Shown here in pieces: positions 36,822-44,951 of a DNA stretch of 64,000 nucleotides (position 1 is the first letter of the stretch; the number at the start of each line of letters is the position of its first letter). Source of the DNA: an uncultured Clostridia bacterium (GTDB lineage Bacteria > Bacillota > Clostridia > Oscillospirales > CAG-272); the NCBI GenBank assembly GCA_947626065.1, contig CANQQT010000004.1:22774-86773 (forward strand). Reading direction: 5' to 3'. Position numbers and translations under genes: made by a program. Under the pieces are notes generated by a model. It had not been told where the DNA came from, ran no database searches, and saw only the letters and a list, made by a program, of their open reading frames with translations.

Positions 36822-39209
36822 TCAGGCTTTTGCGCGGGGAGAATTTTCTTCCCCTTTGGGGTCTTCACCGGGATTCTGTCCCGACTCCCGCCCCGGGCCT
36901 TTTCCCGGATCTTCCCGGTCGGGCCGCGTTTTGCCGGACGCCTCGGGGCCTTTTTTCTTTTGCTCCTTTTTCCGGGGATAGAGCAGGAAGAAGCAGAGCA
37001 CACCGGCGATGACCGCCACCCCGGCGAGGGCGAGAAAAACGGTGAGAAGCGTTCCGATGCCGCCGGTTCCCTTCGGTGCGCGGAGCGTCAGGGACGCCAC
37101 GTCAAGGTAAAGCTCGCTCCCCGACGACGGTTCGCACCGCGCCCAGATTTTGATGCCGCAGGAGGAAAGCTCCTCCGACGCGAGGGAGGAAATCGGGAAG
37201 GTGAGCTCGGTCCATTCCCCGCATTTTACAGAGGAAACGGCGTCGAGGACCTTGTCCCGGTTCCCGGCCCGTCCGGTGAGGAGAAGCCGCACGTCCGCCG
37301 TCTCGGCCTCGGCCTCGACGCGAAGAGAGACGGTGAGATAGGTGGCGGAGGAGAGAACGGAGGGATCGGTGAGAAGCGTCCCGATGCCCATATATTCCGC
37401 CGAGGAGAGATAGAGAAGGGAGCTTCGGAGGAAGGTACCCTCCTCCCCTTCCATTTGTTCGAGATAGCGGGAGTTGTCGGAGGGGTAGAAGTCGTAGAGG
37501 CTTCTTGAAAAGTCGAAGAGGGTTTGCCTTGTCCAGTCGGAGTTTTTCAGCGTTCCGCTGAGCGGGGAGGAGCGGATAACCTCCCGGCAGATGGCGGCCT
37601 CCGCCTCCTCCTCCGTCAGAACCGCGTCCCAGCTGTCAAAGGGAAGGGAGGGGAGGAGGGAGTCGAGAAGGGAGCGGTTTCCCGCCGTGTCGACGGCTCC
37701 GAAAACGTCGTAAATCGCCTTTTTGGAGCGCGGGTCAAGAAGCAGATCGGTGGAGGAGTAGAGACCGTAGTAAAGCCCTCGCTCGGAGGCTTGGTCGACG
37801 TGGCGGTGCCAAATCATCGCCTCAATGGTGCTGTCCTTTTCAACAAGATAATAGGCATAGGCGAAGGCGGCGGCCTGCGTGGTTTCGGAGGCCTCGTCCT
37901 CCTTGCCGCTGACGCCGAATTCGCTGATGACCGCCCGCCGCCTTGCCCCGCGAAGGAGCATCGGCTCGGTAGAGAGAAAATTCTTCAGAACCGAGAGATT
38001 CTTCAAGGTGAGGTATTCCGTTTCGGGGTTGTCAAGGGCTCTTGCGTCGGTCCAGAATTCGGTGAGGGAAAGGTCGGAGGGATAGGGATTGACCGCGACC
38101 CCGAAGGGGACGTCCCCGCAAAGCCCGGCCAGCGCCGACAGGAATTCCTTACCCCCGAAGAAGGAGGGGGTGGAATCGTTCGCGGGAAGGGTCCAGCGGT
38201 TGGAGAGGGAGATATAGACGCGGGCCGCGGAATAGGCGCTCCTCACCGCCGTGTCGACCGTCCGGACAAAGTCCGCGCAGGCCGCGGCGTAATCGGAGAG
38301 GGCGGGAAGCCCCGCGCTGTTCGTTTCCGCCTCGCTGTTCATCTCATAGCCGAGGATAAAGCTGCCGCAGAAGCCGTAGGTGGCGTCGGGGGAGGAATAG
38401 CGCTCGGCAAGGAAGTGATAAAGGGCGGCGATACGCTTGAGGGAAGTGGGATCCGAAACATTCGGCGCGTACATGGTGCTACTGTTTCCCTCGGCGTCGG
38501 GATAATAGAGGTCGTCGGGGGCGGAGGAATCAAAGGCGAGGAGAAGATTCAGATAGATGTGAATCCCGGCGGCGCTCAGCGTGCGGATTCGGTAATCGAG
38601 CGCGTCGAGAGCATTTTTATTGAGAAAATAGTCGGTTCCGCTGTAGAGGAAGCCGACGGTTTCTCCGCCGTCCTGCCGGAACAGCTCGTTGAGGAAGGCT
38701 GTGACGACGGTGTGCCGGACGCCGAGAAGCTGAGCGTCGGCGGTAAACTGAACCTGCAGTCCCTTTTTGGAGGAAAAGGTCGGATAGGGAGTGCGGTTCT
38801 GGGCAAGGGCGGAGGGATCGGACAGGTAGCTGACTTCGGTGATCGGATAGTAGCCGCCTTCCCCGTCCCGGATGGCCATGCGATAGCCGCTGTGGGCCTC
38901 AAACGGGTCGTTCCGGTCGAAGGGAGCAAAAAAGCGAATGGCTCCCCGGTCGGCCTGCGCCTCCGCGACAGGAAGACGCCCGGTGAGGTCATCGGTCTCC
39001 CCAGCGGGAATGCGGAAGAGATAGACGGTTTCGTTGTTGGACTGAAAGCTGTCGCTCAGCGTTCCCCGTGCGGAGAGCGTTTCGCCGTCCGGCTCGAGGG
39101 TGACCGACTCCAGCACGGTGGAAGGAGAATCGCCGGCGGCTGAGACGGAGAAAAGGAAGGGAAGAGCAAACAGGAGAAGAAGCGCAAAGCAAAAAGCCGC
39201 TTTTTTCAT
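36822..39209 (-). CDS. Large secreted protein with C-terminal TM anchor and charged tail; possible glycoside-hydrolase-like central domain; function unknown
   Basis: Signal peptide MKKAAFCFALLLLFALPFLFSVSA. 795 aa. C-terminal TM segment (LLTVFLALAGVAVIAGVLCFFLL) followed by a K/E/P-rich tail. Start reassigned to ATG 39209. Confidence 0.75.
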   Translation of the reverse strand: MKKAAFCFALLLLFALPFLFSVSAAGDSPSTVLESVTLEPDGETLSARGTLSDSFQSNNETVYLFRIPAGETDDLTGRLPVAEAQADRGAIRFFAPFDRNDPFEAHSGYRMAIRDGEGGYYPITEVSYLSDPSALAQNRTPYPTFSSKKGLQVQFTADAQLLGVRHTVVTAFLNELFRQDGGETVGFLYSGTDYFLNKNALDALDYRIRTLSAAGIHIYLNLLLAFDSSAPDDLYYPDAEGNSSTMYAPNVSDPTSLKRIAALYHFLAERYSSPDATYGFCGSFILGYEMNSEAETNSAGLPALSDYAAACADFVRTVDTAVRSAYSAARVYISLSNRWTLPANDSTPSFFGGKEFLSALAGLCGDVPFGVAVNPYPSDLSLTEFWTDARALDNPETEYLTLKNLSVLKNFLSTEPMLLRGARRRAVISEFGVSGKEDEASETTQAAAFAYAYYLVEKDSTIEAMIWHRHVDQASERGLYYGLYSSTDLLLDPRSKKAIYDVFGAVDTAGNRSLLDSLLPSLPFDSWDAVLTEEEAEAAICREVIRSSPLSGTLKNSDWTRQTLFDFSRSLYDFYPSDNSRYLEQMEGEEGTFLRSSLLYLSSAEYMGIGTLLTDPSVLSSATYLTVSLRVEAEAETADVRLLLTGRAGNRDKVLDAVSSVKCGEWTELTFPISSLASEELSSCGIKIWARCEPSSGSELYLDVASLTLRAPKGTGGIGTLLTVFLALAGVAVIAGVLCFFLLYPRKKEQKKKGPEASGKTRPDREDPGKGPGRESGQNPGEDPKGEENSPRAKA

Positions 39210-39435
39210 GAAATTTTTGGCCGTCGCGGGGAAAAAGCGGGCGGCGGGCCTCCTTTCAGGGAATCGGAGCTGTCTCCGAAAAAGAGATACAGGGAGTTGT
39301 CGGACGGGAGTCGGCGCGGGTCGTCTGCGCGGTTTCGCATTGGGGCAGGGAAAGCCGGGCAAAGAAGCAGGCGGTTGCAAAGGGCTTTTCCCAAACGGGC
39401 CGGTTGGCATTTCCTGCGAAAAAGGGGCGCAGGAA

Positions 39436-39519
39436 GGGGAAATGTCCCTGGGGAAACATCCTCGTGAAAACATCCCCGGGAAAACGTCTCCGGGAAAACG
39501 CCCTCAAAAAGGAAGAGTC
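39436..39519. repeat. Degenerate 14-nt tandem repeat, 5-6 units (GGGAAAACRTCYCC-like)
   Basis: Consecutive units: ggggaaatgtccct, ggggaaacatcctc, gtgaaaacatcccc, gggaaaacgtctcc, gggaaaacgccctc. Confidence 0.8.
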
Positions 39520-39864
39520 GGCGTCCAGGGGACGCCTCGCGGGTGAGCGATGGCCAACGGGCGAGGCGCGTTCCGTAAAAGGGACGGTCGGGCCAAAGAG
39601 GCGGCAGGAAAGGGAAATCAAGAAAAGGGAAGGGAAAGAAAAGGGGATGCCCCACAGAAGAGGGACATCCCCGGTATCGGAAGCGTTCGGGACGTATGCT
39701 CCGTACCCGACGGAAGGGGTCAGCCCCCGGTCAGCCTTCCGGTCGGCGCGGGCCGTTCTGCTGTTGGCTCGTTTCGCCGTTCCGTCAGAACGCGGTCAGC
39801 CCCGGCCAGACCCGGTTAGCCACGGCAAATCCTTGTCGGCCCCAGTCGGCTCCGGCCAGATCGA

Positions 39865-40632
39865 TTACTGTGCCGCGTCGACGATGGCGGCAAAATCTGC
39901 GGCTTTCAGGGAAGCGCCGCCAATCAGACCGCCGTCCACGTCGTATTTGGCGAGAAGCTCCGCCGCGTTCGACGGCTTCATCGAGCCGCCGTACTGAACG
40001 GTTACCGCTTCGGCAACGTCATTTCCGTATTTCTCGGCGAGCACCGAACGGATGACGGCGCAGACCTCCTCGGCCTGCTCGGCGGTAGCGGTCCGTCCCG
40101 TGCCGATGGCCCAAACCGGCTCATAGGCGACGGTGACCTTTACGGCGTCCTCGGCGCTGACGTCAAGGAAGGCGATTTTCGTCTGAGCCGAAACCGTTTC
40201 GTTCGTGATGCCGCGGTCGCGCTGGGAAAGAAGCTCTCCCACGCAGACAATCGGCTTCAGCCCGGCGGCAAGCGCGGCCTTCATGCGAAGATTGACGGTC
40301 TCGTCGGTTTCCCCGAAATACTGCCGCCGCTCGCTGTGGCCGATGACGACGTATTCCACGCCGCATTCCTTCAGCATCGCGGCGGAAATTTCGCCGGTGA
40401 AGGCGCCGCTCTTCTCAAAATGGACGTTCTGCGCCCCGATTTTCAGAGAGGTTCCCTGCACGGCCTCGACGGCGGCGGGAATATCGACAAAGGGAACGCA
40501 GAGAACGATTTCACAGCCGTTTTTGCCCTCCACGGCGGGGATCAGCTCGGCGATGAGCTTTTTCGCCTCCGAGGGCGTCATGTTCATTTTCCAGTTCCCG
40601 GCGATGATGGCTTTTCTTACGTTTTTATTCAT
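39865..40632 (-). CDS. tpiA: Triosephosphate isomerase
   Basis: AGNWKMN, IGHSERR and AYEPVWAIGTG motifs. Confidence 0.95.
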   Translation of the reverse strand: MNKNVRKAIIAGNWKMNMTPSEAKKLIAELIPAVEGKNGCEIVLCVPFVDIPAAVEAVQGTSLKIGAQNVHFEKSGAFTGEISAAMLKECGVEYVVIGHSERRQYFGETDETVNLRMKAALAAGLKPIVCVGELLSQRDRGITNETVSAQTKIAFLDVSAEDAVKVTVAYEPVWAIGTGRTATAEQAEEVCAVIRSVLAEKYGNDVAEAVTVQYGGSMKPSNAAELLAKYDVDGGLIGGASLKAADFAAIVDAAQ

Positions 40633-40722
40633 GGTTCAGTCCCCATTCTTTATGCGGTTTTAAAGGCAGAGCGCCGGGCGGCGATCCCCGATGCGGGAAG
40701 GCCGCCGGCGCCAATCTTTCTT

Positions 40723-41910
40723 TCAGTCCTTGTCGGCAAGGCAGGCGATGCCGGGGAGCTCCAGCCCCTCGAGGAATTCCAGCGACGCGCCGCCGCCGGT
40801 CGAAATGTGCGTCATCCGGTCGGCGAAGCCGAGCTTTTCAATGGCCGCCGCCGAATCGCCGCCGCCGATAATCGAAACGGCGTTGCTCTCCGCTACGGCC
40901 GTGGCGACGCCGCAGGTGCCCTGCGAGAATTTATCCCACTCCGAAACGCCCATCGGGCCGTTCCAGACGACGGTTCCGGCGCCCTTGATGGCATAGCCGA
41001 AGAGAATGACCGAGGCCGGGCCGATGTCGAGGCCCATATAGCCGTCGGGAATATCCGCCGAGTCGACGAAGAGGTCGTGGCAGTCGGGGTCGTACTTGTC
41101 GCCGACGTGGTTGTCGACGGGAAGCAGAACCTTGACGCCCTTGGCCTTGGCCTTTTCAAGAAGCTCGTTCGCAAGGTCGAGCTTGTCGTCCTCGCAGAGG
41201 GAGATGCCGATTTTGTGGCCCCGCGCCTTGTTGAAGGTGTAGGCCATGGCGCCGCCGATGATGAGGGTATCGACCTTTTCAATCAGGTTGTTGATGACGC
41301 CGATCTTGTCGGAGACCTTGGCGCCGCCGAGAATGGCGACGAAGGGACGCTTCGGATTGCTCAGTGCGCCGCCCATGATGCTGATTTCCTTCTGAATCAG
41401 GTAGCCGCAGACGGCGGGGAGATAATCGGCCACACCGGCGGTGGAAGCATGGGCGCGGTGAGCGGTGCCGAAGGCATCGTTGACGAAAATGTCGGCCATC
41501 GAGGCAAGCTCCTTGGCAAAGGCGGGATCGTTCTTTTCCTCTTCCTTATGGAAGCGGACGTTTTCAAGAAGCATAACCTCTCCGTCCTTCAGCGCCGCGG
41601 CCTTTCCCTTGGCGTCGGGGCCGATGACGTCGGAGGCAAGCGTGACCTCCTGCCCGAGGAGCTCGGTGAGACGAGCGGCGACGGGCGCGAGGGAATATTT
41701 GGAATTGAATTCCCCCTTCGGGCGGCCCATATGGGAGCAGAGAATGACCTTCGCCCCGTGGGAAGCAAGGTAACGAATGGTGGGAAGCGCTTCACGAATG
41801 CGCTTGTCGTCGGTGATGACGCCGTCCGCCATCGGAACATTGAAATCACAGCGTGCAAGAACCCTCTTGCCCTTTACGTCAACGTCTTCAATTGTTTTCT
41901 TATTGTACAT
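40723..41910 (-). CDS. pgk: Phosphoglycerate kinase
   Basis: [15 protein letters not shown] and GGGDS motifs. 395 aa. Confidence 0.95.
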   Translation of the reverse strand: MYNKKTIEDVDVKGKRVLARCDFNVPMADGVITDDKRIREALPTIRYLASHGAKVILCSHMGRPKGEFNSKYSLAPVAARLTELLGQEVTLASDVIGPDAKGKAAALKDGEVMLLENVRFHKEEEKNDPAFAKELASMADIFVNDAFGTAHRAHASTAGVADYLPAVCGYLIQKEISIMGGALSNPKRPFVAILGGAKVSDKIGVINNLIEKVDTLIIGGAMAYTFNKARGHKIGISLCEDDKLDLANELLEKAKAKGVKVLLPVDNHVGDKYDPDCHDLFVDSADIPDGYMGLDIGPASVILFGYAIKGAGTVVWNGPMGVSEWDKFSQGTCGVATAVAESNAVSIIGGGDSAAAIEKLGFADRMTHISTGGGASLEFLEGLELPGIACLADKD

Positions 41911-42219
41911 CTTTTAACCTCCGGAGCCGCGGAGCGGCAGATTCGATGACAGGGAAACGTCCCGGGGCATAAAAAAACGCCCTCGCAGACCTCTATCTTA
42001 CAATATATTATCATATTTTTTTTTATTTATCAATACAATTTTTAAAAAAAACTCCGCTTTTTTCTTTGAAGCGGAAAAATTTTCTCTTTTTAACAAAAGA
42101 AATCGTTTGAATTTGGCGGAATTGAGGAATCTGACCGTACCGGAAGAGGGAAAAACCGGGCGCCCGGTTGGGGCACGGCAGGAAAAAACCGGAATTTTTA
42201 AAATGTTTTTCTCCGGCGC

Positions 42220-42248
42220 TTGACAAGCGGCGGGAAATCTGTTATAAT
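42220..42248 (+). promoter_or_regulatory. Sigma-A type promoter (extended -10) of the CNNM-family gene
   Basis: TTGACA (42220-42225), 17-nt spacer, TGtTATAAT (-10 at 42243-42248). Confidence 0.7.
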
Positions 42249-42287
42249 GAACGAAAGTTCACCAATGAGAGGAGGAGATGGTTCTTA

Positions 42288-42374
42288 ATGGACGGAGACA
42301 GTAGCGACGACGATACGACGTGTTGCCTTTTGTCTTGCTTTTGTTGGAATAGGACGGCATATCTGCCCGGATAG
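42288..42374 (+). other. Candidate 28-codon leader ORF (MDGDSSDDDTTCCLLSCFCWNRTAYLPG) in the CNNM 5' leader
   Basis: ATG at 42288 lies 10 nt after GGAGGAG (42271-42277). The TAG stop (42372-42374) lies in the loop of the leader terminator. Confidence 0.35.
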
Positions 42375-42395
42375 ACGGGACAGGTATGCTTTTTT
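42357..42395 (+). terminator. Intrinsic terminator inside the 5' leader (attenuator)
   Basis: GCATATCTGCCCG (42357-42369) pairs imperfectly with CGGGACAGGTATGC (42376-42389), then TTTTTT (42390-42395). It lies 55 nt before the CDS start. Confidence 0.6.
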
Positions 42396-42449
42396 GCGCT
42401 TTCCCTCCGTCGGGTATCCGGCGGCAACAAAAACAGGAGATGACAGGTT

Positions 42450-43715
42450 ATGACTGAAACCATACAATATACAGTAGCTCTTATTCTGCTGATTCTCTTC
42501 TCAGCGTATTTTTCGGCGACCGAGACGGCCTTTTCCTCCCTCAGCAGAACGCGCCTCAAGACTCTTGCCGAAAAGGGGAGCCGCCGCGCGGCGTTGGCCC
42601 TTTCGCTGAGCGATAATTATGACCGGCTGATTTCCACCATTCTCATCGGGAACAACGTCGTCAACATTGCGGCGGCCTCGATAGGAACGGTGCTTTTCGT
42701 CGGTCTTTACGGGGACATCGGCGCCACGGTATCGACCGTGGTACTCACGGTTCTCGTCCTGATCTTCGGGGAGGTGACCCCGAAAAGCATCGCGAAGGAT
42801 AATCCCGAGCGCTTTTCCATGTTTTCCGCTCCCTTTATCCGGGTGCTCATCTGGATTTTCAAACCCCTCAATTATCTCTTCGGCCTCTGGAAAAAGATGA
42901 TTTCCCGTCTTCTCCGCATCGAGAAGGGCGGCCGGATGTCGCAGGAGGAGCTCCTTATGCTGGTGGACGAGGTTCAGCAGGGCGGGAGCATCGACAAGGA
43001 AGAGGGAAGCCTTTTGAAAAATGCCATCTCCTTTTCGGAGCGGCGGGCGGAGGATATCCTCACGCACCGCGTCGACCTTGAGGCCGTCGATATCGACAGC
43101 AGCAAGGAGGAGGTTGCCAAGGTCTTCACCGAATCGAAATTTTCCCGACTTCCCGTCTATGAGGAGTCGATAGACAACATCGTGGGAATCGTCAATCAGA
43201 AGGATTTCTACAGCGGAACCGGGATTACCTCAAAGAGCCTGCGGGAGATTATGACGGCGCCCCTCTTCGTGCTGAAAACCGAGCGGATTGACGAGCTTTT
43301 CCGCCTTCTGAAGGAGAATAAATCCCACATCGCGGTGGTTCTTGACGAATACGGCGGCACCTTTGGCATCGTCACGATGGAGGATATCCTTGAGGAGCTG
43401 GTCGGGGAGATCTACGACGAGCACGACGAGGTGACGGAGGAAATCAGGCAGCTTTCCGAGGGCGTCTATCTGGTCGATTGCCTCATCAATCTCGACGATT
43501 TTCTCCGCTTCTTCGGCCTGAGCAGCGATTCCGAAAGCATCTCTCTCGGCGGATGGGTGATGGAGTGCCTCGGCAAGGTTCCGGAGGTCGGCGATTCCTT
43601 CACTTATCAGAAAGTGACGGCGGAGGTCGCGGAGACCGACGGCCAGCGGGTCGCCTTTTTGAAGGTGACGAAACAGGAAGAGGAGCCGGAAGAGGAGCCC
43701 GGGGAGCAGGAGTAA
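42450..43715 (+). CDS. CNNM/HlyC-CorC family transporter (DUF21 TM domain, CBS pair, CorC_HlyC domain)
   Basis: DUF21 start (FSAYFSATETAFSSLSRTRLK), CBS region and a CorC_HlyC C-terminus (DDFLRFFG...GGWVMECLGKVPEVGDSF). Confidence 0.9.
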   Translation: MTETIQYTVALILLILFSAYFSATETAFSSLSRTRLKTLAEKGSRRAALALSLSDNYDRLISTILIGNNVVNIAAASIGTVLFVGLYGDIGATVSTVVLTVLVLIFGEVTPKSIAKDNPERFSMFSAPFIRVLIWIFKPLNYLFGLWKKMISRLLRIEKGGRMSQEELLMLVDEVQQGGSIDKEEGSLLKNAISFSERRAEDILTHRVDLEAVDIDSSKEEVAKVFTESKFSRLPVYEESIDNIVGIVNQKDFYSGTGITSKSLREIMTAPLFVLKTERIDELFRLLKENKSHIAVVLDEYGGTFGIVTMEDILEELVGEIYDEHDEVTEEIRQLSEGVYLVDCLINLDDFLRFFGLSSDSESISLGGWVMECLGKVPEVGDSFTYQKVTAEVAETDGQRVAFLKVTKQEEEPEEEPGEQE

Positions 43716-44000
43716 GCTCTTTCCCTGAAAAGCGGGAGGAGAAACCCGGCGGAGTGGTTCTCCCTGAAAAAATGAAGAAGGAAGAGAAACCCGGGCAGGT
43801 AAGCTCTTTCCCGATAAAAACATAAAAAAGGTAAAAGGCCCGGCGGTAAGCTCTTCCCGAAAAATGAAGAAGGAAGAGAAACTCGGGCTAAACCCTTGCC
43901 CGATAAAAACGGAGGAAGGGAAGAAGACCCGACCGGAATAAGCTCTGCTCTGAAAAGCAGGGAAGGCAAAGGCTCCCGGAAACAGAAGAGAGCTTTTCTC
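43714..44000. repeat. Purine-rich degenerate repeats after the CNNM gene (GTAAGCTCTTTCCC x3-4; AAAAATGAAGAAGGAAGAGAAACYCGGG x2)
   Basis: GTAAGCTCTT starts near 43714, 43799 and 43846, with a variant near 43939. The 28-nt block occurs at about 43767 and 43862. Confidence 0.75.
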
Positions 44001-44025
44001 TGAAAAAGCTTTTCTCTGAAAAGCG

Positions 44026-44062
44026 AAAAAAGGCGCGACGGTTCTGACCGGGCGCCTTTTTT
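44026..44062. terminator. Bidirectional-looking terminator hairpin between convergent genes
   Basis: AAAAAAGGCGC (44026-44036) pairs with GCGCCTTTTTT (44052-44062). Confidence 0.55.
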
Positions 44063-44140
44063 GACGGAGTTTTTTTGATGGAGTCCCCTTTTTTGACGGG
44101 GTCCTTTTTGACAGAGCCCCTTTTTGACGGTGACCCTTTT
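44056..44140. repeat. About 5 units of a ~16-18-nt repeat, TTTTTGACGGRGYCC
   Basis: Consecutive units: ttttttgacggag, tttttttgatggagtcccc, ttttttgacggggtcc, tttttgacagagcccc, tttttgacggtgaccc. Confidence 0.8.
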
Positions 44141-44768
44141 CAGGTCTTGCTTTTGTCGGCGTTCAGCCGCTCGCCGACCGCCCCGCCGGGGTGGATGACG
44201 GCGAACTGCTCGTTTTTGTAGTCGGTTTCCTCAATCAAAGCCGCCTGAAGGGAGTGGAAAATCAGGCAGAGGGCGGTGGAGGAGGTGGTGCCCTGCGAAT
44301 TGTATTTGTCGGTTTCGCGGTTGACGACCATTTTTAGGAGGCGTCGGCCCCCTCGGCGAGCGGGGAGGCGAGGTTTTCGGTCACCGTGATGATTTTGACG
44401 CCTTTTCTTTTGCAGATGTCGAGGATGGGGAGGAGCTCTCCGGTTTTGCCGCCTCGGGAGGCGAAAACCATGACGTCTCCGGCCTTTAAAAAGCCGGTCG
44501 CGCCGTGGACGGCCTCGGCGGGGGAGATGAACCGGGCGGGCCGCTCGATGCAGCAAAGCAGATGGGCAAAGTGCTGGCAGAGGATGCCGGAATGGCCGCA
44601 GCCGGAGGTTCCGATCCTCTCCGCGTCGGCAAGCAGACCGACGGCCTTTGAAAACTGTTCCTCGTCAAAGACCTCGTAAAGCTGTCGGATGCATTCTTCC
44701 TCAATCTTATAGGCTTCCTTTGCGTATTTCAGAGACGATTCTTTCAAGGGTGATTTTCCGCCTTTCAT
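44140..44768 (-). pseudogene. SIS-domain sugar-phosphate isomerase-like gene interrupted by a 1-nt frameshift at an A5/T5 run
   Basis: The N-terminal 144 aa (ORF 44334-44768: GTSGCGHSG...VMVFASRGGKTGE...ITVTENLASPLAEGADAS) and the C-terminal part (frame of ORF 44140-44556: KMVVNRETDKYNSQGTTSSTALCLIFHSLQAAL...HPGGAVGERL) are contiguous halves of one SIS domain. They lie in frames offset by 1, switching at TTTTT (44331-44335). Confidence 0.7.
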
Positions 44769-44951
44769 GTGGAGATGATTTGATTATACCGCACTTTTTC
44801 CTCCCGGTCAAGAGGGAAGGGATGTTTTCGGCGGATTGCCGAAAGATCGGGGCCGCGTGCGATGGTTCGCTTGCGATAGTTCGCTTGCGATAGATCCGTG
44901 TGAGCATTCGTCCGCGATAGGATCGCTTGCGGTTTTATGCGCTTTCCGCCG

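Noticed and set aside
41950-42130. Promoter of pgk in the AT-rich stretch, and the small hairpin CCGCTT/AAGCGG flanked by A- and T-runs.
   Set aside because: Several -35/-10-like hexamers are present, but none has acceptable 16-18-nt spacing by my count. I left this unannotated rather than guess.
42256-42449. M-box (Mg2+) or yybP-ykoY (Mn2+) riboswitch in the CNNM leader.
   Set aside because: I could not find the conserved M-box blocks. The resemblance to yybP-ykoY (GGAGACAGTAGCGACG versus GGGGAGUAGCGUCG; TTGTTGGAATAGG) is partial and lacks the GAGAGACC-type 3' block. I kept it only as an unclassified attenuator.
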